Assembly: GCA_964348895.1 (NCBI GenBank)
Contig: CAYGEH010000001.1
Span: 610,254 to 674,253 of the forward strand
Reading direction: 5' to 3'
Source: an uncultured Gammaproteobacteria bacterium
GTDB lineage: Bacteria; Patescibacteriota; Microgenomatia; 0-14-0-10-38-17
DNA length: 64,000 nt
The position numbers and the translations under genes were made by a program. How positions within the stretch are numbered: the stretch's first letter is position 1; every line of letters begins with the position of its first letter. Below are positions 47,472 through 57,414 of this stretch, in pieces. The notes under the pieces are model-generated. The model was not told the origin of the DNA. It did not search any database and saw nothing but the letters and a program-made list of their open reading frames with translations.

Positions 47472-48533
47472 TTATCGAATTCTTAGTTCATTCATTTTGG
47501 CGGTGGTTTGTTGGGCGCAAACGGCCTGAACAAGACCCAGAGAGATCATGGTTGATAAATAGGAAGAGCCACCGTAAGAAAAAAGCGGTAGGGGTAAACC
47601 AGTGATGGGGAGCAAACCAATATTCATTGCAAGATTAACTAGGGTTTGAAAAAATAACATTACTCCAACACCAACAATAAAGTTTTGGCCAAAACGATCA
47701 GGGATTTTCTCTGACAAGCTAAAAAGATGCCAAAAAAGAACAAGGTAAGCAATAATTACCGAAGCGCCACCCAAAAAGCCAAAAGCCTCTACAAAAGAAG
47801 CAAACAAAAAATCGTTATGTCTTTCTGGGAGAAAAGCCAAGCGACTTTGTGGCCCCAAACCCAAGCCTCGACCGATTAATTGGCCAGAGCCGATGGTGAT
47901 AATGGCCTGACGAGATTGATAGCCACTACCTAGAGGGTCTTGCCCTGGATTTAAAAAAGAAGTAATTCTTGTTTTTTGAAAAGGAGCTAATAAAAATGTC
48001 CAGACCAACGGAAGTAGTAATAAGCCAATTACAAAAAGGCCGATAAAATAACGACGAGTGTTTTTTTTGTGGAAATTGATTCCAGCCCAACCAGAAAGCA
48101 AGACTAAACTACCACCCAGGCTTGGCTGGAAAAGGATTAAGACAAAAAAGGGGGCGATTGAGGCTAGACTAATTAGAATGTTACTCTGATTGCTTAAAAA
48201 AAGAATAATTAATGGTTTGGTTAATTCTGATGGTTGAAGAGAAAAGGGGCCAATATCAACCCAGCGAGTTGCTCCTCTAATGACCGCACCCAAAACTAAA
48301 GGTAGAATTAAAAAAAATAAAGACAAGATAGCAATTGGCCAGACAATTTTCTTAAATGACCGATAAGGTAAGAAGGCAAAAATAAAAAAACCAAAGATTC
48401 CAACTAAAACATTAATAACTTGATTAATGAGAACTCTTTGATCGATTGCCGAAAGAGCCAGCAGGCTTAGACTAGTTAAAAATAGGACGATGGCTAAAAT
48501 TAGCCAATCAAAGCGATATTTTCTTTGATTCAT
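47472..48533 (-). CDS. rodA: SEDS-family peptidoglycan glycosyltransferase (RodA-like; second SEDS paralog in the window).
   Basis: About 10 transmembrane segments and the FtsW/RodA conserved C-terminal region (PITGLPLPLFSYGGSS). Confidence 0.7.
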   Translation of the reverse strand: MNQRKYRFDWLILAIVLFLTSLSLLALSAIDQRVLINQVINVLVGIFGFFIFAFLPYRSFKKIVWPIAILSLFFLILPLVLGAVIRGATRWVDIGPFSLQPSELTKPLIILFLSNQSNILISLASIAPFFVLILFQPSLGGSLVLLSGWAGINFHKKNTRRYFIGLFVIGLLLLPLVWTFLLAPFQKTRITSFLNPGQDPLGSGYQSRQAIITIGSGQLIGRGLGLGPQSRLAFLPERHNDFLFASFVEAFGFLGGASVIIAYLVLFWHLFSLSEKIPDRFGQNFIVGVGVMLFFQTLVNLAMNIGLLPITGLPLPLFSYGGSSYLSTMISLGLVQAVCAQQTTAKMNELRIR

Positions 48534-48555
48534 AGAAATGCCTTGGGGGAACTAA

Positions 48556-51492
48556 TTAAACAATACCAGGAATTGGTCCTTTGATAATTTTACTTGTTTG
48601 AGTTTTTTGTTTAATTTCTTCTTCAAATTCTTTTGGCCAATCTGGTAGGCAAATAGCCACCCTTTCATCTGGTTTAAGCTGAGCGTTTTTTCTTAATTGT
48701 TGAATGTTTCTGATTACTTCTCTGGCCCAGCCCTCAGCTATTAATGCTGGGCTAAGATTGGTGTCTAGCTCAATTGTTAATTGCCCATTCTCTTTAACCC
48801 AAAGTATTTGCTTAACGTTTACTTCTTCTTCAAGTAAGGCTATTAGTTCTTTCTCTGGCTGTTCTTGGGAAGACTTAACAATTAGCTTAGCTAGAGGTTG
48901 GCGCAATTTAATTAAGGCTTTTTTTCGTGAAGCATGAGTCAGACTGGCGAGATCGCGAATAAGAGTCATATTTTCCTCTAAAACCTGATCAATTTTATCC
49001 AGATCAGCTTTGGGCCAATCGGTCAAATGAACAGAGTCTTTTCCAGTCAAATTATAATGAATTTCTTCCGCCAAAAAAGGGCAAAATGGGGCAATTAACT
49101 TTGACAGAGTTATTAATACCTGATAGGTAGTAAGCAAGGAACTTTTTTGATCTAACCGATCAGATTGATTGGGGTTCATTCGTTCTCTGGAGCGACGAAT
49201 GAACCAAGTTGATAATTCTTCGACAAAACTTTGCATGGCCAAAGAAGCGGTCATGGCATTATAGTTGTTAAGCTCTTTAGTTGAATCAGCGATTAGATGA
49301 TTAAGTCGAGAAATAATCCAACGATCCAGGGCGTGAGAACTAAAAACAGTTTGACTAAAATCAAAATCAGGAGACATTCTAGCGTAAGTAACAAAAAAAC
49401 GATAAATATTCCAAAGTAAAATATGGAACTGTCTTCTGGTTTGGTCGGCCGTTCGGTAGCCAAAGTTAACATTGATTTCTGGATTATGAGTCATATAAAG
49501 CCAGCGAGTTACATCAGCCCCCATTTTTTCTACTGCCTCATCAAACCAAATTGCATTGCCCTTGCTTTTATGCATTTCTTCCCCCTTTTCGTCTTTAACT
49601 AGGGCGTGACCCAACACCACCCTAAAAGGACGACTATTTTCTAACTGGGTTGCCATTGCAATCATAGAGTAGAACCAGTTTCTAAACTGGCCAGGAAAAC
49701 ATTCAGTAATAAAATCAGCCGGATACCAATCTTGCCAGTATTTTTTATCTGTCAAATAGCTTATTTCTTTAGTTTTTGGGTCAATTAGAGTGGAAAAAGA
49801 GACAATGCCAGCATCAAGCCAGGGGTTTCCGACATCGGCAATTCGGTTCATTTCTTTACTACATTTAGAACAAGAAATTTTTACCTCGTCAATCCAGGGT
49901 CGGTGAGGAGTATGGCCAGAAAAACTTTCCCAGCCCGAAATAGCCCGAGATTTTAAGTCTTCTTTGCTGCCAATCACTTCAAAATGACCACAAGAACACT
50001 GCCAAATTGGTAAAGCCAAGCCCCAATATCGCTTTTTAGAAATCAGCCAGTCACGCATATTGTTAAGCCAATCAAGTTCTCTGGCTAAGCCAAAGTCAGG
50101 AATCCAGGTGATTGTTTTGGCTACTTCAAGCATTTGCTCTCTTAGGGTTTTGTTGCTGGAGAGCCTTGGTTTATCCATCGCAATATACCACTCCTCCACC
50201 AACCGCCAAATTAACTCTTCTTTACAGCGCCAACAGGTTGGATAACTATGGGTATAATTTTCGGTTCTAAGAAGATATCGCCCACCATCAATGGTTTTAA
50301 GAGGTCCAATAATTAACCCTGGATTATCCTTAGCGCTTTTTCCAGTTAAATCTCCATATCCGTCCAAATACTTTCCAGCCTCATCAACAACGGGAAAAAT
50401 AACCTCGCTCCAATCTAATTCTCTTTTAACCAGATCGTGATCTTCGGTGCCAGCACCAGGAACGATATGGACCAGACCGGTTCCCTCTTCTTCATTAACT
50501 AAGTTTTTAGCTAAGACTATCTGGTGAAAATGAGAACTCTTAGCAACTTGTTTGATAAGGGGCAAATGATCAAATGGAGCCTGATAATGACTAATTCCTT
50601 CTTGTTTAATTAATTGTTCACCACTAACTTCCTTCAAAATTTTTATTTTTTTTCCTAGGGTTTTTTCCGCTAAGCTTTTAGCCAACCAATATTTTTTATC
50701 TTCTAGTTGGACCAAGGCATAGATTATTTCTGGATGAACAGCCACCAAGGTGTTAGCCGGAATCGTCCAGGGGGTAGTGGTCCAAACCAAGAGAAACTCG
50801 TTTTTTTCTGGCTTGCCCCCACCCCTAATAACAGGAAAACGCATAAACACCGCCTCGTGAGTTAATTGCTGATAACCCTCAGTGTCAATTTCATGTTGAG
50901 AGATAGCTGTGCCACAGCGAGGACACCAAGGAACCGAATCCTGACCCTGATAAATCAAACCGTCTTTAAAACAACAACTCAAAAAATGCCAAATTGTATA
51001 ATTGTTTTCTTCGCTCATAGTGTAGTAAGAATTATCCCAGTCCATAAAATAACCCAGTCGCTTTGATTGTTCGGTCTGAATGGCGGAGTATTTTTTTACT
51101 CGATCTCGGCAGTCATTGACGAATTTTGCCAGTCCGTATTTTTCAATATCTTTTTTGGAAACAAAGCCTTTTTCTTTTTCTACCTCTACCTCTATCCATA
51201 AACCCTGACAATCAAAACCATTTTGGAATCGCTGCTTGAATCCTTGCATATTTTTGTAGCGCTGAAATAAATCTTTATAAGTTCTCCCCCAAGCATGATG
51301 AACCCCCATTGGATTGTTGGCAGTAATTGGACCGTCAAAAAAAGAAAACCTTTTTTGGGCAAAATCATTTTTATGAAGATATCGAGCAATAAGATTGTTT
51401 TTTTGCCAAATACCCAACCACTTATGTTCGTTTTCGACAAAATTAGCCTGAGAAGAAACTTCTTTTAAAGGGGGAAGGTCTTGTTTTTTCAT
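48556..51492 (-). CDS. ileS: Isoleucyl-tRNA synthetase, type 2.
   Basis: GPITANNPMGVHHAWGRTYKDLFQRYKNMQGF (HIGH-region of type-2 IleS; cf. Thermus [23 protein letters not shown]), KMSKS as MHKSKGN, Zn-binding Cys pairs; 978 aa. Confidence 0.9.
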   Translation of the reverse strand: MKKQDLPPLKEVSSQANFVENEHKWLGIWQKNNLIARYLHKNDFAQKRFSFFDGPITANNPMGVHHAWGRTYKDLFQRYKNMQGFKQRFQNGFDCQGLWIEVEVEKEKGFVSKKDIEKYGLAKFVNDCRDRVKKYSAIQTEQSKRLGYFMDWDNSYYTMSEENNYTIWHFLSCCFKDGLIYQGQDSVPWCPRCGTAISQHEIDTEGYQQLTHEAVFMRFPVIRGGGKPEKNEFLLVWTTTPWTIPANTLVAVHPEIIYALVQLEDKKYWLAKSLAEKTLGKKIKILKEVSGEQLIKQEGISHYQAPFDHLPLIKQVAKSSHFHQIVLAKNLVNEEEGTGLVHIVPGAGTEDHDLVKRELDWSEVIFPVVDEAGKYLDGYGDLTGKSAKDNPGLIIGPLKTIDGGRYLLRTENYTHSYPTCWRCKEELIWRLVEEWYIAMDKPRLSSNKTLREQMLEVAKTITWIPDFGLARELDWLNNMRDWLISKKRYWGLALPIWQCSCGHFEVIGSKEDLKSRAISGWESFSGHTPHRPWIDEVKISCSKCSKEMNRIADVGNPWLDAGIVSFSTLIDPKTKEISYLTDKKYWQDWYPADFITECFPGQFRNWFYSMIAMATQLENSRPFRVVLGHALVKDEKGEEMHKSKGNAIWFDEAVEKMGADVTRWLYMTHNPEINVNFGYRTADQTRRQFHILLWNIYRFFVTYARMSPDFDFSQTVFSSHALDRWIISRLNHLIADSTKELNNYNAMTASLAMQSFVEELSTWFIRRSRERMNPNQSDRLDQKSSLLTTYQVLITLSKLIAPFCPFLAEEIHYNLTGKDSVHLTDWPKADLDKIDQVLEENMTLIRDLASLTHASRKKALIKLRQPLAKLIVKSSQEQPEKELIALLEEEVNVKQILWVKENGQLTIELDTNLSPALIAEGWAREVIRNIQQLRKNAQLKPDERVAICLPDWPKEFEEEIKQKTQTSKIIKGPIPGIV

Positions 51493-51544
51493 TCAGATCT
51501 CTATGATACTAAAAAACTGAGGCTTGAGCAAGAAGAAGGGTCTG

Positions 51545-51613
51545 GCGCGAAGAGAATTGGTTTGTTTTGGATGGTTTTTAATTCCAGCCAGAACAAAATT
51601 TTTCTCTTCGCGC
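51545..51613. repeat. 12 bp perfect inverted repeat (GCGCGAAGAGAA ... TTCTCTTCGCGC) separated by 45 nt, giving a large stem-loop in the ileS 5' region.
   Basis: Arms at 51545-51556 and 51602-51613 are exact reverse complements. Confidence 0.5.
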
Positions 51614-51618
51614 TCACG

Positions 51619-51834
51619 CTATACTGGTTGAGGGGGTTTGAGATTGTCGCAAACAACCTGCACAGTAACAAAGAGTGCCTCCTCGAGACGCTCTATTGTG
51701 TTGTGGGTTGCTATGTGAACGACCATCTTCCCCCTAACCCTGGCCTTGACGACCAGCTGACCATTTCTTTTTTCTCTTACAAGGACCAATACTTTGTCCC
51801 CAGACTTCGAAGAACCGTTGAAACGATCAGACAC
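51619..51834 (-). CDS. Candidate small protein (71 aa, GTG start) in a GC-atypical islet upstream of ileS.
   Basis: GAAAGGAGCTTGATCG-GTG: a perfect Shine-Dalgarno (AAAGGAG) 8 nt upstream of the GTG at 51832-51834. Local GC is clearly above its surroundings. The product (MSDRFNGSSKSGDKVLVLVREKRNGQLVVKARVRGKMVVHIATHN...) is basic and beta-rich, with weak IF1/OB-fold-like resemblance. Confidence 0.3.
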   Translation of the reverse strand: MSDRFNGSSKSGDKVLVLVREKRNGQLVVKARVRGKMVVHIATHNTIERLEEALFVTVQVVCDNLKPPQPV

Positions 51835-52020
51835 CGATCAAGCTCCTTTCATGAACACTAATAGAAAGAACTTCTAACCGCAATTGGCTAGATTCTTCTA
51901 GTGTTATTTTAACAGAAGACAGCGATTAGTCAACATTATAGGATAATGACAGAAAAAAATTACAATTAAAAAAGCTTTTTTTCCTGATCGTTTATTTGCC
52001 TATGATACAATTTAATTAAG

Positions 52021-53295
52021 ATGAAAGGTTCTTTTGCCAAGCTAAAAGAGCGAGGAATTATTGTTCAGGAAGCTAACACTGGGGTCGAAAAAGCGATCGA
52101 GGAGGAGAAGCTGGTTTTTTATTTGGGATTAGATCCAACCTCCGACAGCCTTCATATTGGTCATGTTGTTCCGTTAATCTTGGCTGCTCACTTACAGAAA
52201 ATGGGTCATAAGCCAATTATTATTCTTGGCGGAGGAACTGGTCTAATTGGCGATCCGAGCGAAAAAGCCAAAGAACGACCTCTTCTTGGCAAAGACCAAG
52301 TAAAGAAGAACGTCGCGGGAATAAAGAAACAAGTAGAAAAGCTTTTAGATTTTAAAGGGAAAAATAGCCCCTTAATTATTGACAATGCTGACTGGTTAAC
52401 AAATTATAGATTAATTGATTTTTTGCGAGACATTGGCAAATATTTCACTGTGAATGAAATGCTGGGTCGAGAATCAATTAAACAAAGACTGGTTAGCAGA
52501 GAACAGGGACTTTCTTTTACCGAATTTTCCTATCCTCTGCTTCAGGCGGCTGACTATTTAGAGTTATTTCAAAAATATAATTGTCAATTGCAAATTGGAG
52601 GAAGTGACCAATGGGGAAATATGATTGCCGGAGTTGAGTTAATTAAAAAAAAGCTTAACAAAACAGTTCATGCCCTAGTGGTTCCCCTACTGACCCGATC
52701 TGATGGAAAGAAGTTTGGCAAGACTGAGGCTGGAGCTGTTTGGCTTGATCCTAAAAAAACTTCACCCTACCAGTTGTATCAGTATTGGCTCAATGTTAGC
52801 GATGATGATGTTATTAAGTTTTTAAAACTATTTACTTTTCTTTCTTTAGAAGAGATTAAAGAAATTGAAAAAGAAGTTAGACTAAACCCAGCCAAGAGAA
52901 AAGCCCAAACAGTTTTAGCCTGTCAATTTACGAAAATGATTTATGGTGAAAAAGAACTATCAGGAATAACTGGGGCCTGCCAGTTTCTTTTTGGTCAAGA
53001 GTTAAAAGAAGAAATTCTTCCCGAAGAACTAAAATGTCTTTGCTCGGTTGCGCCACAGAAAGAAATTTCTAATAAAGATTTGGAGAAAGGACTGTCAATT
53101 GACGAAGCCGTTTTTTTATCTGGGTTAGCTAAATCTAGGGGAGAGGCAAGGCGGTTAGTTAGTCAAGGCGGAGTTTATTTAAATCAGCGTCGTTGTTTGG
53201 TCGAAGATAGAATAACCCGAAGCGATTTTGTTTCCGATAAACTAGCTTTAATTAGGATTGGAAAAAAACACTATTCAATTTTAATTCTCAAATAA
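52021..53295 (+). CDS. tyrS: Tyrosyl-tRNA synthetase.
   Basis: HIGH (DPTSDSLHIGHVVPL), KMSKS as KFGKTE, C-terminal S4 domain; 424 aa. Confidence 0.9.
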   Translation: MKGSFAKLKERGIIVQEANTGVEKAIEEEKLVFYLGLDPTSDSLHIGHVVPLILAAHLQKMGHKPIIILGGGTGLIGDPSEKAKERPLLGKDQVKKNVAGIKKQVEKLLDFKGKNSPLIIDNADWLTNYRLIDFLRDIGKYFTVNEMLGRESIKQRLVSREQGLSFTEFSYPLLQAADYLELFQKYNCQLQIGGSDQWGNMIAGVELIKKKLNKTVHALVVPLLTRSDGKKFGKTEAGAVWLDPKKTSPYQLYQYWLNVSDDDVIKFLKLFTFLSLEEIKEIEKEVRLNPAKRKAQTVLACQFTKMIYGEKELSGITGACQFLFGQELKEEILPEELKCLCSVAPQKEISNKDLEKGLSIDEAVFLSGLAKSRGEARRLVSQGGVYLNQRRCLVEDRITRSDFVSDKLALIRIGKKHYSILILK

Positions 53296-53318
53296 TTTTT
53301 TAAAAAAGATAAAGAAAA

Positions 53319-54533
53319 TTAATTGACAAGCTTTTTCTTGCCTTGACGCAAAAAAGCTGGGGTTTCATATTCTTCGCCCAAATCTTTAGAAGCCAAAATA
53401 GCCTCTTTTTCACTTTCTTTGGTTGTTTCTGTTTCAGTTTGGAGCTGGCTCTGGTTTTTTTCGAAAATAATTTTTCCCTTATTGATTCTTTGTTGAAAAG
53501 CGAAACCAGAGACAGCTTGACTAGCGTTGGTTTCTAGCGATTGAGTGTTTTTAGCTAGGCGAGCCAAATGAAGCTTGCCTTGATCAAATCCAGTGGCGAT
53601 TAAAGTAATTTTAATGCTTTCCTCTAGTTGATCGTCAATGGTAGCACCAAAAATAATATTAGCATCAGGGTCGGCTTGGGAAAAAATAATTTCAGCCGCC
53701 TCTTCAACTTCTTTCATAGTAAGGTCAGGACCACCTGTAATATTAAAAAGAACTCCTTTTGCTCCCTCAATAGAGGCCTCCAATAAAGGAGATTCGGTTG
53801 CTATTCTGGCGGCCTTAACTGCCCTTCCCTCTCCTCTGGCTTCGCCAATCCCCATCAAAGCACTTCCGGCGTTAGCGATAATTGTTTTGACATCAGCAAA
53901 ATCTAAATTTATTAATCCTGGTTTGGTAATTAAACTGGCGATTCCGTCTACTCCAGAGATTAAAACAGAGTCTACCATTCCAAACGCTTCAACCAAGCTC
54001 ATTTTTTGATCAACAGAAGAGAGAAGCTTTTGGTTTGGGACAACAATGAGGGTGTCCACCTTGTCTTTAAGCTTATCAATGCCTTCGTTGGCGGCGGTCA
54101 TTCGTCGATGTCCTTCAAAATGAAAGGGCTTAGTAACAACAGCAACGGTTAAAATCCCCATTTCTTTAGCCGCTTGAGCGATTACTGGAGCAGCCCCAGT
54201 ACAAGTTCCTCCTCCCTCTCCTCCAGTAATAAAAACCATATCAGAGCCATTAATTAGTTTTTTGATTTTCTCAATTGATTCTTCAGCGGCCTGACGACCA
54301 ACCTCTGGATCTCCTCCTGCCCCCAACCCCCTGGTTAGTTTTTCGCCGATTTGAATTTTAATTGAAGCCTCACTGGTTAATAAGGCTTGAGCGTCAGTAT
54401 TAATGGCAACAAAGTCTATTCCCTCGATTTGAGGGTTTTTAACCATGCTGTTAACACAGTTTCCTCCGCCACCGCCGATACCCAAAACCTTTATTTGCGC
54501 GAAGCGGTTTGATTGGGGTTTAACAAAGGCCAT
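53319..54533 (-). CDS. ftsZ: Cell division GTPase FtsZ.
   Basis: GIGGGGGNCVNSMV tubulin signature, T7 loop, C-terminal linker and conserved tail. Confidence 0.95.
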   Translation of the reverse strand: MAFVKPQSNRFAQIKVLGIGGGGGNCVNSMVKNPQIEGIDFVAINTDAQALLTSEASIKIQIGEKLTRGLGAGGDPEVGRQAAEESIEKIKKLINGSDMVFITGGEGGGTCTGAAPVIAQAAKEMGILTVAVVTKPFHFEGHRRMTAANEGIDKLKDKVDTLIVVPNQKLLSSVDQKMSLVEAFGMVDSVLISGVDGIASLITKPGLINLDFADVKTIIANAGSALMGIGEARGEGRAVKAARIATESPLLEASIEGAKGVLFNITGGPDLTMKEVEEAAEIIFSQADPDANIIFGATIDDQLEESIKITLIATGFDQGKLHLARLAKNTQSLETNASQAVSGFAFQQRINKGKIIFEKNQSQLQTETETTKESEKEAILASKDLGEEYETPAFLRQGKKKLVN

Positions 54534-54565
54534 AGATTAGCTTAAAAATTAACAATTATTTGAGA

Positions 54566-55888
54566 TTATGGTAAGAAAGATTTGATAAACTTAATTGTTT
54601 TTTCAAAGGTGCCCTTTATTGGTAGTCCGGGTAAGCCGTTCATCATTCGACGTAGATTGCCTCCAGTTAATTGTTCGGTATTTTTTTGACTGTAAGTAAT
54701 TAAGCCAATAGTGGTGGCAAACTCTGGGGTAAGTATATCATCTACCAGGCCAGAAACATTTTGGGGAATACCAATTCTTGCCGGCAAAGCCATTGTTCTG
54801 CGACAAATATCGACCACTGAGGCAGTTTGGGCTCCTCCTCCGGTTAGGATTGCTCCTGCTGGTATTAACTCCAAAAGATTGTTTCTTTTTAGCTCATCAT
54901 AAATTAAACCAAAAATTTCTTCTAATCGAGGACGAATAATTTCCTCAATAACAATTTTTTTAGTAATTTTTTTACCATCCGTTTTAATGCCAAGTTTTTC
55001 TAAGTCAAGTTCTTTTTCGTCATCTTGTTCATTGGCTTTTTCTGTTTCAACAACAGTCTTTTTTGGTTTAGCAAGGTTGTTAATTCTAGTCTTCTCTGGT
55101 TGATCGGTTAAGGCCAGTTTTAGTCTTTCGGCGTCTTCAATTGACAATCTTAGTCCGATTGCCAAATCATTAGTGATATTTTTAGCTCCGATTGGAACGA
55201 CTAGTGAATAGACTGGAGCTCCTTCGGAGAAAATTGCGACCGAAGTTGTTCCGCCACCAATGTCAATTAAGGTTACTCCTAATTCTTTTTCAGTTGGAGT
55301 GGCGACAATAGAAGCACTGGCTAAGGCGTCAAAAATAAATGCCTCCACTTTAGTTCCAACCTCCTCAACACACTTTTGCAGATTTTTAAGAGAAGTTGAT
55401 GAGGCAGTAATAATGTGAGTCTCGACTTCTAGTCTAACCCCACTCATACCAATGGGATCGATAATTCCCTCTTGAGAATCAACAGTATAAGTGCGAGGCA
55501 AGATATGAAGAATTTCTCGAGAAGCAGGCAGAGAAATTGCTCGAGCTGATTCTAAAACTCGACTGACATCTTCTTCAACCACTTCTCCTCCTGGACTGGT
55601 TACCGCTACTACTCCGCGAGAGTTTTGAGAAACAATATGGGCTCCGCCAACGGAGACAAAAGTATTGGCTAGGTTATAACCAGCCATTCTTTCGGCGGCC
55701 TCAATAGAAGTGATAATAGCCCTAGTTGCCTCCTCAATATTAATAACTTGACCTCTCTTAATTCCTTGAGATGGGGTGGCAGAAGAGCCAAGAATGTTAA
55801 TATTCCCATCTTCTTCTATTTGAGCAATTAGAGTGGCAATTTTTGAAGATCCAACATCAAGGGCAGAAACTATTCGTGATCGGGCCAT
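54566..55888 (-). CDS. ftsA: Cell division protein FtsA (actin-like ATPase).
   Basis: IVSALDVGSSKIATLIAQ N-terminus, DIGGGTTSVAIF phosphate-2 motif; 440 aa. Confidence 0.9.
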   Translation of the reverse strand: MARSRIVSALDVGSSKIATLIAQIEEDGNINILGSSATPSQGIKRGQVINIEEATRAIITSIEAAERMAGYNLANTFVSVGGAHIVSQNSRGVVAVTSPGGEVVEEDVSRVLESARAISLPASREILHILPRTYTVDSQEGIIDPIGMSGVRLEVETHIITASSTSLKNLQKCVEEVGTKVEAFIFDALASASIVATPTEKELGVTLIDIGGGTTSVAIFSEGAPVYSLVVPIGAKNITNDLAIGLRLSIEDAERLKLALTDQPEKTRINNLAKPKKTVVETEKANEQDDEKELDLEKLGIKTDGKKITKKIVIEEIIRPRLEEIFGLIYDELKRNNLLELIPAGAILTGGGAQTASVVDICRRTMALPARIGIPQNVSGLVDDILTPEFATTIGLITYSQKNTEQLTGGNLRRMMNGLPGLPIKGTFEKTIKFIKSFLP

Positions 55889-55894
55889 TTATTT

Positions 55895-56311
55895 TTAATA
55901 AGTTGCGATTGGATTATTAAACCTTAAGTCAATTCTTTTTGCTTTTCTACCATTTATTTTATCTTGATTAATAATTAATTGCAAAGCACCCAGCTGGCTT
56001 TCAAGAGACTTTCTTTCGTCTAAAAAAACCTCTGTACCAGTTTCTAGTAACAATATTATCATATCAGGCCTTTCTTCAATTTTTTGAATTATTAACGACT
56101 TTCTCGGAGCAACTTTTTTGATAGTTTCAATGGGGGTTTCTTTAGGGTGGATTATTTGGTTTTGGTTAACATTTAAAGTTAAAAAAAGTTGCTGAAAAAT
56201 CAAGAAAACTAGACCTAATGAAGAGACTAGAGTTAACCATCTAATTACCTGTTTGAGGTTGTTTCTTTTTTTAATGGAATAAATTCCAAGTTGACGATTT
56301 AACTGGTTCAT
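55895..56311 (-). CDS. ftsQ: Short FtsQ/DivIB-like cell-division protein (transmembrane + POTRA-like).
   Basis: Single transmembrane segment (WLTLVSSLGLVFLIFQQLFL); located between murG and ftsA; only 138 aa, so tentative. Confidence 0.4.
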   Translation of the reverse strand: MNQLNRQLGIYSIKKRNNLKQVIRWLTLVSSLGLVFLIFQQLFLTLNVNQNQIIHPKETPIETIKKVAPRKSLIIQKIEERPDMIILLLETGTEVFLDERKSLESQLGALQLIINQDKINGRKAKRIDLRFNNPIATY

Positions 56312-57411
56312 GACGAAACTAACTCTTGAAGTTGATTAATGATTTCTTTGGCAGCATTAGGCTTGATTTGTTTTTTTAATTTTTTGGCTTGGTAAAGATA
56401 TTTATTTAAGTTAAGCATAATTCGATTAATTTCAACTAAAAGTCTTTTTGAGGAAAGCTCGTTTTGGTTAACGATTAAAGCACTTCCCTTGTTAGCTAAA
56501 AATTGAGCATTAAGAAGTTGTTCGTTATGGGCTGTTTTAGGAAGAGGAATTAAAATAGCTGGCTTGCCAAGGATGGCAATTTCTAAAACAGTGTTAGCTC
56601 CGCTTCGACCAATAATTAAATCAGAGCTAAGAGCCCATCCAATTGAATTATGATCAAGATAATCGGTTAAAAAATAGGCTTGCCTTATTTTTAGAGGTAA
56701 GGCTTGATAGCCCTTTTTTAGTTTTGGGTAATCATGGCTGCCACATTGATGGATAAGGTTATATTTATCTGTTAGTTGAGGCAAGATGGACAAAATAGTT
56801 TGATTAAGGATGCTGGCTCCTTGGCTGCCTCCAGTTAAATAAATGCGAGGTCTAGAAAAAGCGAACTGATATGGAGGTTGGTTTTGTTGGAAAATTTCTG
56901 GTCGAATGGGGTTTCCAGTTAGAACAACCTTTTCTTTAGGAAAGAATGATTGACTTTGAGGAAAAGTGATTGCAACTCGATCAACAATTAAGCCGTTAAT
57001 TTTATTGGCTAAACCAACAGTAATTGTTTGTTCGTGAGTTAGGCTAGAAATGCCAAGAATTTTTCCTGCCATAATAACTGGCACGGAAACATAGCCTCCA
57101 AAAGAACAAATAACATCGGGTTTGATTTTAGTTAAATAATACAAACTAGCAAAAAAGCCTAAGGGAACTCTTAATAAAGACAAAATAGTCCAACGAGTAA
57201 AATGTCTTTGTAGCCTTCCAGCAGGAATAGCAATAAAAGTAATTTTTTTTTGGGGAAGAACAAGAGACTCTCTTGACGGAGAGGAATCCCCCTCCATGGC
57301 ATATTTTCTTCCTAAATAATAAATTTGCCAACTGGGAAGATCTTTTTTGAGCTGATCAATGACCGCCAGAGCGGGAGTTAAATGGCTGCCGGTAATAACA
57401 ACTTTCTTCAT
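56308..57411 (-). CDS. murG: UDP-N-acetylglucosamine--N-acetylmuramyl-(pentapeptide) pyrophosphoryl-undecaprenol N-acetylglucosamine transferase (GT28).
   Basis: MKKVVITGSHLTPALAVIDQL N-terminal G-loop, C-terminal UDP-GlcNAc binding (GGSQGASILN). Confidence 0.9.
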   Translation of the reverse strand: MKKVVITGSHLTPALAVIDQLKKDLPSWQIYYLGRKYAMEGDSSPSRESLVLPQKKITFIAIPAGRLQRHFTRWTILSLLRVPLGFFASLYYLTKIKPDVICSFGGYVSVPVIMAGKILGISSLTHEQTITVGLANKINGLIVDRVAITFPQSQSFFPKEKVVLTGNPIRPEIFQQNQPPYQFAFSRPRIYLTGGSQGASILNQTILSILPQLTDKYNLIHQCGSHDYPKLKKGYQALPLKIRQAYFLTDYLDHNSIGWALSSDLIIGRSGANTVLEIAILGKPAILIPLPKTAHNEQLLNAQFLANKGSALIVNQNELSSKRLLVEINRIMLNLNKYLYQAKKLKKQIKPNAAKEIINQLQELVSS

Positions 57412-57414
57412 AAT

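Noticed and set aside
51540-51860. tmRNA, RNase P RNA or SRP RNA in the GC-rich islet.
   Set aside because: I could not find a tRNA-like 3' end (GGTTCGA...CCA), nor a P4 helix motif (AGGAAAGTCCGG), nor the SRP domain IV motif (GGAAGCAGCCAAGGCAG).
51481-51861. 126 aa plus-strand ORF spanning the GC-rich islet.
   Set aside because: No RBS; it starts inside the ileS start region. The opposite-strand 71 aa ORF has a far better translation signal, so this is likely a shadow ORF of the GC-rich stretch.
51493-52020. T-box riboswitch leader for ileS or tyrS.
   Set aside because: Both are classic T-box-regulated genes. I found no T-box consensus (AATTAGGGTGGTACCGCG) or specifier/antiterminator architecture on either strand. 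An undetected variant cannot be excluded without a covariance-model search.
53328-53359. 8 bp A/T-rich inverted repeat (AGCTTTTT...AAAAAGCT) 33 nt after the tyrS stop, considered as a terminator.
   Set aside because: The stem is weak (AT-only) and lies inside the ftsZ 3' coding region. It may be a modest bidirectional terminator, but I cannot support it.
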